From the IMG/VR virus record IMGVR_UViG_3300000116_000136: 29,128 nt of DNA, one strand, 5' to 3'. The DNA is from a virus. The position numbers were made by a program, and so were the translations under genes. The notes under the pieces are model-generated. The model saw only the letters and a list, made by a program, of their open reading frames with translations. It was not told where the DNA came from and searched no databases. The first letter of the stretch is position 1. Every line of letters starts with the position of its first letter. Below, one piece after another: positions 22,774 through 29,128 of this stretch.

Positions 22774-23057
22774 TTAGATATTTTCTTTATAGCTAACTCT
22801 AATTCGTCAGCACCGCCCATACCATCCGCACTAGTTTCGTGGTAACTGCTATAATGGTTGTCTATAATATCGCCTATAAAAACTACCTCTGTACATTGGT
22901 GGGTGTCGTATTGCTCTTGGCAAAACTCTAAATAGCCATCTAAACAGAATGGCTCGTGTAAGTCGCCTATAACTAGTATGTTATTGGTTTTGTATTTTCG
23001 GTAGTTGTGTATTAATTGTTCTTCGTCTGGTTTTAATCTATAACGATTGTTTGCCAT
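22740..23057 (-). CDS. Metallophosphoesterase, N-terminal segment (motifs I-II)
   Basis: VIGDLHEP (motif I) and FIGDIIDNH (motif II). The last 10 residues (WRMRSQSLLF) are out of frame with the downstream ORF, which it overlaps by 34 nt. Confidence 0.75.
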   Translation of the reverse strand: MANNRYRLKPDEEQLIHNYRKYKTNNILVIGDLHEPFCLDGYLEFCQEQYDTHQCTEVVFIGDIIDNHYSSYHETSADGMGGADELELAIKKISKWRMRSQSLLF

Positions 23058-23448
23058 TCTGTCTAATTTTGGTTATTTTTTCCATACCACGACTTCCAAA
23101 GTACGCAGTAAAAGTTACAATTAGTAAACTCTGGTAAATTTCTTGGTAGCCATCTGCTAAAGCAAATTCGCCAATATTACCATCGAAGAAACTAATTACA
23201 ACAAATATAAATAAAAGAAAGATTAACGTGTATGGTCTTACGTTTCTTGCTAACAACGTACTGTTAGCATCCGCTTGCCATCTTGCAGTTACGTTATCTT
23301 CTATTACTTTGGTGTACTCGGTTTCTAGTTCTTTAAACTTAGCTTTTAATACTAGTTTTTCTTCTTGACTAGTTACTACCTCGTCAATTAATTCAGTAAC
23401 ACCGCCACTAAATAACTCTTTTATAATACCTCCTATTGGTAAAGCCAT
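23038..23448 (-). CDS. Putative holin (GTA-type 3TM holin-like, 136 aa)
   Basis: Soluble helical N-terminus, then RNVRPYTLIFLLFIFVVISFF and IYQSLLIVTFTAYFG hydrophobic helices and a basic C-terminus. Adjacent to the endolysin gene. Confidence 0.55.
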   Translation of the reverse strand: MALPIGGIIKELFSGGVTELIDEVVTSQEEKLVLKAKFKELETEYTKVIEDNVTARWQADANSTLLARNVRPYTLIFLLFIFVVISFFDGNIGEFALADGYQEIYQSLLIVTFTAYFGSRGMEKITKIRQNGKQSL

Positions 23449-23813
23449 ATCGCACTTGGTTTATCCATATCCATATCTACGTGTATAAACATTTTAGCTA
23501 TGCCTACACGTCTACCTAATCCTACTTTAAACAGAGCGTTTAGTATGTTACTACGTTCTACGCTTGTTGTCGCTAAAATATCTACTGCACACCCTTTTAA
23601 ATGGCTACTGCCTATACGACCACCCACTTTCATATTGTGTTGTTTACTTCTGTAACCGCTAGTTATTTTAAACGGTGTACCATCAGCTAAACTACGTGCT
23701 TCGTCTAGTTTGTGTAAAAAATCTAAATTCATTTTGCCACCATCAGAAATAGGTAAACCGCTACCTTTTTCGTCTGGACTGTCAAACTCTTCAAAATCAA
23801 AATACTTTAACAT
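23433..23813 (-). CDS. Endolysin, peptidase M15 (D-Ala-D-Ala carboxypeptidase-like) family
   Basis: ITSGYRSKQHN....GGRIGSSHLKGCAVDI .... FIHVDMD. The H..D...H zinc-ligand layout is characteristic of M15A/VanY-like phage peptidases. Confidence 0.8.
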   Translation of the reverse strand: MLKYFDFEEFDSPDEKGSGLPISDGGKMNLDFLHKLDEARSLADGTPFKITSGYRSKQHNMKVGGRIGSSHLKGCAVDILATTSVERSNILNALFKVGLGRRVGIAKMFIHVDMDMDKPSAIWLYQ

Positions 23814-24031
23814 TATTTATGTATGCAATTAGTGCGTGCTAATTCTTTTTCTAACTCTATTAGCCTATCTTCGCACTCGTTAATAATCTTTATCTTTTTT
23901 TCTAATCTTTGTTCTAGCACTATAATATCTTTGCCTAACTGTGAAATGTTAGCGAATACAGTACCAGCCATAAAAATTACGCCTATTACCCATATTATGT
24001 TACCTATGCTTATAGTAAAGTCTTTACCCAT
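23813..24031 (-). CDS. Type-II membrane protein with coiled coil (72 aa); spanin-like or holin-regulator candidate
   Basis: N-terminal TM segment IGNIIWVIGVIFMAGTVFA followed by the heptad region LEQRLEKKIKIINECEDRLIELEKEL. TAATG junction with the endolysin gene. Confidence 0.55.
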   Translation of the reverse strand: MGKDFTISIGNIIWVIGVIFMAGTVFANISQLGKDIIVLEQRLEKKIKIINECEDRLIELEKELARTNCIHK

Positions 24032-24157
24032 CTATCTACCTTGACCTTTGTACTTAGACTTGTAACCGTTTTGCCCTTTAGAAGCGTTCTTACTATGTGT
24101 ACTTGGTCGTTTTTTGTTAACCTTTTTGCGGTATGTACCGCCCACCATTTTAGCCAT
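24032..24157 (-). CDS. Micro-ORF encoding an extremely basic 41-aa peptide, absent from the ORF track
   Basis: My translation: MAKMVGGTYRKKVNKKRPSTHSKNASKGQNGYKSKYKGQGR. Its ATG overlaps the upstream stop as TAATG, and its TAG directly abuts the next ATG. Confidence 0.45.
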   Translation of the reverse strand: MAKMVGGTYRKKVNKKRPSTHSKNASKGQNGYKSKYKGQGR

Positions 24158-24321
24158 TACTTACGTTTATTACGATAGTATCTAAATCTATCTATTGTGT
24201 ATATAATAGAAACTACTAACAAAACTATTTGTAATGTTTGCTCTACTGCGGTAAAGCTAATTGCATACGATACGCTATTTAGACTTAGTACGTCTGCGTT
24301 TTCTTTTATCAGATTTTTCAT
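24157..24321 (-). CDS. Micro-ORF encoding a single-TM peptide (54 aa) with a basic C-terminus; holin/antiholin-like. Absent from the ORF track
   Basis: My translation, checked base by base: MKNLIKENADVLSLNSVSYAISFTAVEQTLQIVLLVVSIIYTIDRFRYYRNKRK. Confidence 0.5.
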   Translation of the reverse strand: MKNLIKENADVLSLNSVSYAISFTAVEQTLQIVLLVVSIIYTIDRFRYYRNKRK

Positions 24322-24371
24322 TCTGTTTATCTAAGTAAGTTTTTAACTTTTCTATGTTATCTTCTTTAGGT

Positions 24372-24932
24372 TTATACATCAAAACTACCGTCTAAAAAAT
24401 CTCGTATAGTTATTCTATTGTTTTGCTCGTAAGTATCTAAATTCATACCGCTAAAGTATGTGTCTTTTGTAGGGCTTAAATCTGCACCGCTATTAGTAGA
24501 ATACTCTGTAAACAAATCGTTATTGTTTCTTAGGTAATCTACCAAACGTGTAGCGTAGTATTCAGCAGTATTCTGTATAATGTTACGCATATACTTAATA
24601 TCTTCTAAACTTGCTGGTGTGCTAGTTTCTGATATTTTACGTACTATGTCTTTATTCATTATTTTGTACGACAAAAAGGGCATACACTCGAATAATGAGT
24701 AATGTATTAAAACTGGTTGTATATATGTATCTGTAAGCGTTTTGTAGTTGCCACTTAAAGAACCAGCAGTTATATCAGCTTGTATTTTATCGTACAAATC
24801 AGTACCTAGAAGCTGGTGTATATGTATGTCTTGTGCTACCTTAATGTATGGTAACAATAGTTCTACGTCTACATTACCGTTAATAGTAGTAGACTTCTTT
24901 ATAGTGTCCTCACTTACAAATAAAACTGCCAT
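24372..24932 (-). CDS. Possible head-tail connector/adaptor (gp6-like) protein (186 aa)
   Basis: N-terminal pattern LLLPYIKVAQDIHIHQLLGTDLYDKI resembles head-tail connector family N-termini. Located downstream of the portal gene. Confidence 0.4.
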   Translation of the reverse strand: MAVLFVSEDTIKKSTTINGNVDVELLLPYIKVAQDIHIHQLLGTDLYDKIQADITAGSLSGNYKTLTDTYIQPVLIHYSLFECMPFLSYKIMNKDIVRKISETSTPASLEDIKYMRNIIQNTAEYYATRLVDYLRNNNDLFTEYSTNSGADLSPTKDTYFSGMNLDTYEQNNRITIRDFLDGSFDV

Positions 24933-24944
24933 TTTATATATTTA

Positions 24945-25295
24945 TTATAATAATTTTAAAAATGCTTCCATACTATCTATATCTTTTTTTATAGATGGTC
25001 TATCAGATAATACTTCTTTAATATTTAAACCTAATTCTTTAGCTTGTTTTTCTATTTTTTCGTATGGTTTTACTAAAGACTTAAAATTATTTATATTTTT
25101 TTTAATATCATTTTCTAGTTGTGTTTTCAGTTTAAAAAATTTAGAAAATTCATCAGCTATATTTTCAGACTGTTTAACATAATTTTTATAACTACTTTTG
25201 AAATCGTCTACTAAACCTAATTCTACTTTATGCGTGTCTAGTTCTATACCGTTAAACAGTTTACCTAGTGCTATGTTTAAATCTTTATCGTTCAT
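24945..25295 (-). CDS. Coiled-coil protein, paralog family member P3 (116 aa)
   Basis: DTHKVELGLVDD and AKELGL motifs. In tandem with P4. Confidence 0.75.
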   Translation of the reverse strand: MNDKDLNIALGKLFNGIELDTHKVELGLVDDFKSSYKNYVKQSENIADEFSKFFKLKTQLENDIKKNINNFKSLVKPYEKIEKQAKELGLNIKEVLSDRPSIKKDIDSMEAFLKLL

Positions 25296-25297
25296 TG

Positions 25298-25648
25298 TTA
25301 TAAGCTTGAAATTATTTTATCAATATTTTGTTCAGCTTTTTCTGATAGCTTAACATTATTTTTAGCGTAATTTACTTTGTCTGCAAATAGTTTGTCCATA
25401 TTACCACCTACGCCTAATTCTTTTATTTTCTTTAATGCTTTTTCGGCATCTTTTAATGCTAACTTATATTCTTTAGCTGCACTTTTAGCTTCTTTTTGAG
25501 ACCTTATTAAACCATCTTGTATATTACCATACATTCTGTCTGCTTTATCTAAAGCACTATTAACATCGTCTATTAAGGCTAGTTCTACTTTTTCAGACTT
25601 TAGGTTTAGTCTGTTTTGTTCTTCGCTTAAATTCTTATAATAATCCAT
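25298..25648 (-). CDS. Coiled-coil protein, paralog family member P4 (116 aa)
   Basis: KSEKVELALIDD and IKELGV motifs. Immediately downstream of the portal gene. Confidence 0.75.
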   Translation of the reverse strand: MDYYKNLSEEQNRLNLKSEKVELALIDDVNSALDKADRMYGNIQDGLIRSQKEAKSAAKEYKLALKDAEKALKKIKELGVGGNMDKLFADKVNYAKNNVKLSEKAEQNIDKIISSL

Positions 25649-25652
25649 ATCT

Positions 25653-27497
25653 TTAATATCCTTTTTTATTTACAAATCCATTTTTAGGCATACGCTTCGG
25701 TGCTACTGGTACTTTTTGGTCGTTTACTTCTGGCTTAAAACCTTGACTACGTGCCTTAGTAGTAGTTATAGTTTTGTCTGCACTACTCGGTCTTGCACCA
25801 GCTTGTATATAAATACGTCTAAACCATTTATGATGACAATTACCACCGCCTTTAAAATGCCATATACTATAAGTATCAGCACCATTTAAGCCCCAGCCTT
25901 TATTTACTGGCATAGTACCCATACGTAAAATATCTTCTTTACGGTACACTTTTTTGGCTGCGGTCATTTTACTACAAAATTCTCTTTGTTCGCCACTACT
26001 ACGTGTTAAGCCTTTATCTTCTGTGTACACGTAACGCACTCTATATTTAGTTTTATGCGTTTGTGTGCTTTCGCCATCTTGCTTACTCTTAGCGTTTGGT
26101 ATTGCCCTACCAGTAGTAGCTAGTTCTAATTTTTCTAAATTGTATTCAAAGTCAAAATCTTCGTGTTCGCCCTCCGCATCCTCTTCGTCTATTAATTGCC
26201 AGTCGTCAAGGTTTTCATCTTCGCCAAACTCTGCAAGAAAACTATCTAATTCTGTTAGCTTGCTAAAGTTTTGCTCTTCGGCTACTGTTTCTTCTTGTTT
26301 TTCTAAAGGCTCAAATCCTAATTGCTCACGTATTTCGTCTTGCGTTAACACTTCTTTTAACGTATCAGCATCAAATATAGAATTTAGCGGCTGCACGTCT
26401 TTTATGCTAAACGAACAAGTTATACCATTTATGTTTAAAAGCTTCTTAAAAGTCTTTAAAATGGTATTCTGGAACGGTTTTACGACCGTATTCATATATA
26501 GCTCGTATGCTTGTGTAAGTTCGTTACGCCCACCTAATTGCCCTTCTGTCTTAACTCCTAATAACATAGGGCTTGTAACTCGGTGTCCTATCATTATATT
26601 CTGTATCGTCAGTTCGTTTAAAACTGTGTACTGTTTGTCAGCATCAGATACTTGTATAGGTAAAATTTCTGGCTTGCTCTGTGCATCGTCTGAAAATGTA
26701 AGTACAAATTTACCAGCGTTATTAGCACCAGTAAACTTTTTAGTAATTTGATTTTCTATCTGTACCCTCTCTTCACGACTGGGTACGCCATTCGCAAAGT
26801 TAATAAAGTAGCTACCAGAAAAACCGTTAGCTATATTGTTTAAATGATAGTCAGCAGTTAAATTATCTATCTGCACCCAGTTAGTAGAAGCTACGTAGTC
26901 TGGCGTGTGGTACAATTCCATAGCTGGACTGTATAGACCACTATAAAGTAATTGGCTACCCTCGCTTCTATCCATCATATTAAACGCAGTTATACGTTTT
27001 GGTGCGTATTCTTTTTTACGATATTGCGACCAGTCAGCAGAAACGTAATACGCTTCTACCTTGCCATCTTCGTTAGGTACACCTACACGTATCTGTTCTA
27101 CTGGTATGTGGTAAACCTCTGCTATCTTAGTCTTATCTTTAGACCATATTATATTTAAAGCGTAACCGCCTTGTAGTTTTAAATCAAAAGCTAGTTTAAC
27201 AAAAATTTCGTGTGCAGTTTCTTCGCTATTAACCGCACCTAGAAACTTCTTTAAAGCTACATACTGCGTTAAATCTTTACTATCTTCTACTATAAATTCT
27301 TCGCCAGCTATCATAGCAGACGTAGCATTAATAACAGAAGCGTGTGTAGCACTATTGTTATATAAATCTATAAGGTATTTAGGGTAGTTGTTTCTGTATT
27401 CGCCATCTCCGTAACCTATCCACTCTGCACCGCCTACCTCTATTGTTTTCGGTTGTACTTCGTTAGTTAAATTTATATTTATTAATCTATCTTTCAT
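25653..27497 (-). CDS. Portal protein fused to a C-terminal MuF-like (head morphogenesis) domain
   Basis: N-terminal ~400 aa show a portal pattern: YGDGEYRNNYPKYLIDLYNNSATHASVINATSAMIAGEEF, NGFSGSYFINF, FTGANNAGKF, IMIGHRVTSPMLLG. After an acidic linker, REFCSKM...VYRKEDI...PVNKGWG...YSIWHFKGGGNCHHKW resembles the Mu F / SPP1 gp7 C-terminal motif. The track start at 27527 is GTG; the ATG at 27497, 10 nt after the LamG stop, is preferred. Confidence 0.75.
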   Translation of the reverse strand: MKDRLININLTNEVQPKTIEVGGAEWIGYGDGEYRNNYPKYLIDLYNNSATHASVINATSAMIAGEEFIVEDSKDLTQYVALKKFLGAVNSEETAHEIFVKLAFDLKLQGGYALNIIWSKDKTKIAEVYHIPVEQIRVGVPNEDGKVEAYYVSADWSQYRKKEYAPKRITAFNMMDRSEGSQLLYSGLYSPAMELYHTPDYVASTNWVQIDNLTADYHLNNIANGFSGSYFINFANGVPSREERVQIENQITKKFTGANNAGKFVLTFSDDAQSKPEILPIQVSDADKQYTVLNELTIQNIMIGHRVTSPMLLGVKTEGQLGGRNELTQAYELYMNTVVKPFQNTILKTFKKLLNINGITCSFSIKDVQPLNSIFDADTLKEVLTQDEIREQLGFEPLEKQEETVAEEQNFSKLTELDSFLAEFGEDENLDDWQLIDEEDAEGEHEDFDFEYNLEKLELATTGRAIPNAKSKQDGESTQTHKTKYRVRYVYTEDKGLTRSSGEQREFCSKMTAAKKVYRKEDILRMGTMPVNKGWGLNGADTYSIWHFKGGGNCHHKWFRRIYIQAGARPSSADKTITTTKARSQGFKPEVNDQKVPVAPKRMPKNGFVNKKGY

Positions 27498-27507
27498 TTT
27501 TTTATTT

Positions 27508-28212
27508 TTAGACTGCTTGTACCGCACTTTCGCACCTAGTTAAATCAGTACCTACTAACTCACTTTTAAAAATGGCTACACTTAAAATGTCTCCACTATA
27601 CTGTGTGCTAGCTATTGCACCGCTACCTATTTGTGTTACGTCAAATACATCACTAATAGCAGACGTTACACTACCACTTTCTACACCGTTTAACCTTACC
27701 TTAAATACGTTGCTTGTAGTTCTTATGCAAGTTAATAAAAATGGTTGCGTAGGAAAAGATACATCTTCGCTATCTTGTTGCATCGGGTTAATTTCAGACT
27801 GTACGCCATTTGCTTTAATAGCTATACGCTCATTGTCAGCAGCTCTGTACATTTTTATTACGTCATTACCGCCTTTACCTAGTGGTGCATCGTTAGATAG
27901 CGTACCAGCTTCGTCTGGGTCTAAGTGCATAATGATAGTAAAGGCATCTAAATTTAACTGTGTTTCTAAACCTAAAAATTGCCTTACACCATCGAAAGTT
28001 ACTCTACCATTTGTTGTACTCGTTGGCTGGTTTGCACTCGTAGGTTGTATCGCATCGTTACCGTTAGCAGACTGGTCAGCCCACGAAGTTACCGAATCGC
28101 CAGACTTTGTTACGCCTACGCCAGACCTTAGCCATACTTCTAAACCCTCAAAATCTAAAGGGCTAAACGCTTTTAGTCTATTGTTAAGTTTTAAAGAGTT
28201 GCCTAACTGCAT
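27508..28212 (-). CDS. LamG / concanavalin-A-like jelly-roll domain protein (234 aa), probable virion or host-recognition component
   Basis: LEVWLRS......GDSVTSWADQSANGNDAIQPTSANQP.....NGRVTFDGVRQFL is the typical Laminin_G_3-type N-terminal signature. Confidence 0.65.
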   Translation of the reverse strand: MQLGNSLKLNNRLKAFSPLDFEGLEVWLRSGVGVTKSGDSVTSWADQSANGNDAIQPTSANQPTSTTNGRVTFDGVRQFLGLETQLNLDAFTIIMHLDPDEAGTLSNDAPLGKGGNDVIKMYRAADNERIAIKANGVQSEINPMQQDSEDVSFPTQPFLLTCIRTTSNVFKVRLNGVESGSVTSAISDVFDVTQIGSGAIASTQYSGDILSVAIFKSELVGTDLTRCESAVQAV

Positions 28213-28213
28213 A

Positions 28214-28480
28214 CTAGTTGTTATAACCTATTGCTAAACCGCTAGTTAAATCTATTGCAGTAAATGGTGCGAATATAACCGTACCAGCTGGTATAGTTTT
28301 TCCATCTAAATTACTGTCGTTAGTTGCACCAGTTATAGTACAATTTGTTATAACGCTATCGTTTACAAAATGTACCGCATAGAAGTCTTTAGAAGTCTGT
28401 GCAGCAGTTGTAAATACCTCTACCGTTCCTTTTTTACCTAACTGCTCGTTAAGTAAGTCTACTGTGTTTTTTACTGCCAT
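28214..28480 (-). CDS. Duplicate copy of 403..669 (88 aa)
   Basis: Identical protein in the ORF track. Confidence 0.7.
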   Translation of the reverse strand: MAVKNTVDLLNEQLGKKGTVEVFTTAAQTSKDFYAVHFVNDSVITNCTITGATNDSNLDGKTIPAGTVIFAPFTAIDLTSGLAIGYNN

Positions 28481-28484
28481 TTTA

Positions 28485-28916
28485 TTATAGTTTTGGTAAT
28501 TTGTTTACAAATTTTATAAAAGTATCTGCATCTTTTTGTAAATCGTCAGAAATTTTAATAGTGTTGTTATATAAAGAATAATCTAACAAATCGTTTGAAT
28601 TTATATCTACACCTAATTCTTTAGCTAATTTACGTGCTTTATCTACTTTAGTTTCTACATCGCTTTCTGCTGCACGTAATTCTTTTGCATATTTTGACAT
28701 ATTTGCAATATCGCCTTTTAGTTCGTTTGTAGCTTTTTCTATTTCTCTTACTGGCACGTATGCGTTGTTTATAAAGTTATCAGCTTCTTTACGTAGCTTT
28801 ACAAATTTGTCTAACGCTTTTTTTGCATCGTCAATTACTGCAAACTCTACCTTTTGTGATTTTAGCGTAATTCTATCTAATTCGCTTTTGACCTTATTTT
28901 CAAAATTTAAATCCAT
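28485..28916 (-). CDS. Duplicate copy of 674..1105 (coiled-coil paralog P1)
   Basis: Identical protein in the ORF track. Confidence 0.75.
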   Translation of the reverse strand: MDLNFENKVKSELDRITLKSQKVEFAVIDDAKKALDKFVKLRKEADNFINNAYVPVREIEKATNELKGDIANMSKYAKELRAAESDVETKVDKARKLAKELGVDINSNDLLDYSLYNNTIKISDDLQKDADTFIKFVNKLPKL

Positions 28917-29128
28917 TATAGTTTAATGTATGATGTGTTATTATTCGTTGTGTTTGTGTTGTCAGTTGGCGTGTATTGTGTGTAACTTACTTCTGTTACG
29001 TTATTATCTTTAACAAACGCCTTGCCTTTCTCTACTATGCTACTTGTTGCTAATCCAGTATCGTTAGTTAAACTATTGCTAGTTACCTCATATATCGTAT
29101 AAGTCCAAAAACCACCCTCTGTTAAAGT
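28916..29128 (-). CDS. 3' part of the duplicate copy of 1105..1515, truncated by the window end
   Basis: Sequence identical to 1105..1317. Confidence 0.6.
   Translation of the reverse strand, partial: TLTEGGFWTYTIYEVTSNSLTNDTGLATSSIVEKGKAFVKDNNVTEVSYTQYTPTDNTNTTNNNTSYIKL

Larger units (their letters stand above)
27812..29128. repeat. Terminal direct repeat, copy 2 (identical to 1..1317)
   Basis: See copy 1. The left boundary lies inside the LamG gene, and the right boundary (window end) lies inside the 136-aa gene. Confidence 0.95.

Noticed and set aside
27498-27527. Longer portal N-terminus (MRYKQSKNKK…) given in the ORF track
   Set aside because: The codon at 27527 is GTG and the extension overlaps the LamG gene end by 20 nt. 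An ATG at 27497, 10 nt after the LamG stop, is the more economical start.
22-28237. All plus-strand ORFs in the track, for example 22..426, 3187..3594, 5380..5715, 6448..6825, 7903..8367, 16214..16570, 24748..25182, 26065..26751 (228 aa) and 27572..28237 (221 aa)
   Set aside because: Each lies wholly antisense to a minus-strand gene with recognisable motifs or good coding character. Their products are low-complexity Ser/Leu/Phe/Cys/Pro-rich strings typical of shadow frames. None occupies a gap or has its own intergenic start context.
1-29128. tRNA/ncRNA genes, integrase or repressor (lysogeny) genes, transposases, DGR reverse transcriptase, methyltransferases
   Set aside because: No GC-rich cloverleaf-like segments were seen in the few non-coding gaps, and no ORF has the corresponding motifs. 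Absence judged by eye is not proof, so a tRNAscan/Infernal and HMM scan would be needed.

Overview
The window is one complete, terminally redundant genome of a small tailed dsDNA phage. The unit length is 27,811 bp, and bases 1-1317 recur exactly at 27812-29128. All convincing genes lie on the minus strand, tightly packed and mostly joined by ATGA or TAATG stop/start overlaps. Every plus-strand ORF in the track is an antisense shadow of a minus-strand gene. In transcription order (descending coordinates) the layout is:

- **Control region (22100-22338):** AT-rich.
- **Early/replication module (22099-15300):** DUF3127-type SSB ending in DLPF, winged-helix replication initiator, DnaA-domain-IV-like HTH, NinG/Rap-like resolvase, ECF-like sigma factor, DUF3310 protein, ParB-like nuclease, several Cys-rich small proteins.
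- **Packaging:** TerS and TerL.
- **Virion block:** neck and tail-tip proteins, tape-measure-like protein, XkdF-like protease, scaffold, major capsid, tail-tube-like protein, then a strong terminator.
- **Post-terminator cassette, across the repeat junction:** LamG-like protein and three small proteins.
- **Portal with a C-terminal MuF-like domain,** followed by a head-tail connector candidate.
- **Lysis cassette:** small membrane proteins, M15 peptidase endolysin, 3TM-type holin.
- **A metallophosphoesterase** that closes the late block.

The AT-rich sequence, absent Shine-Dalgarno sequences, a TAnnTTTG box and the DUF3127 SSB suggest a Bacteroidota (Flavobacteriia-like) host; this is inference. 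No RNA genes, CRISPR array, integrase or mobile element were seen.

The observations most worth follow-up:
1. A U UUU UUU run in the gene after terL, where the -1 frame stays open across the only large gap in that operon and ends in an ATGA overlap with the next gene.
2. A metallophosphoesterase split into two overlapping ORFs exactly between catalytic motifs II and III.
3. Four dispersed paralogs of an unrecognised small coiled-coil protein family in the virion modules.
4. A repeated hairpin plus AAACCT-N7-TATATA-N-TATAAT-ATG unit that may be a phage-specific promoter, in a genome that encodes its own sigma factor.
5. An identical 18-nt stretch at the start of two early genes.

All functional calls come from motif recognition by eye, not from database searches.
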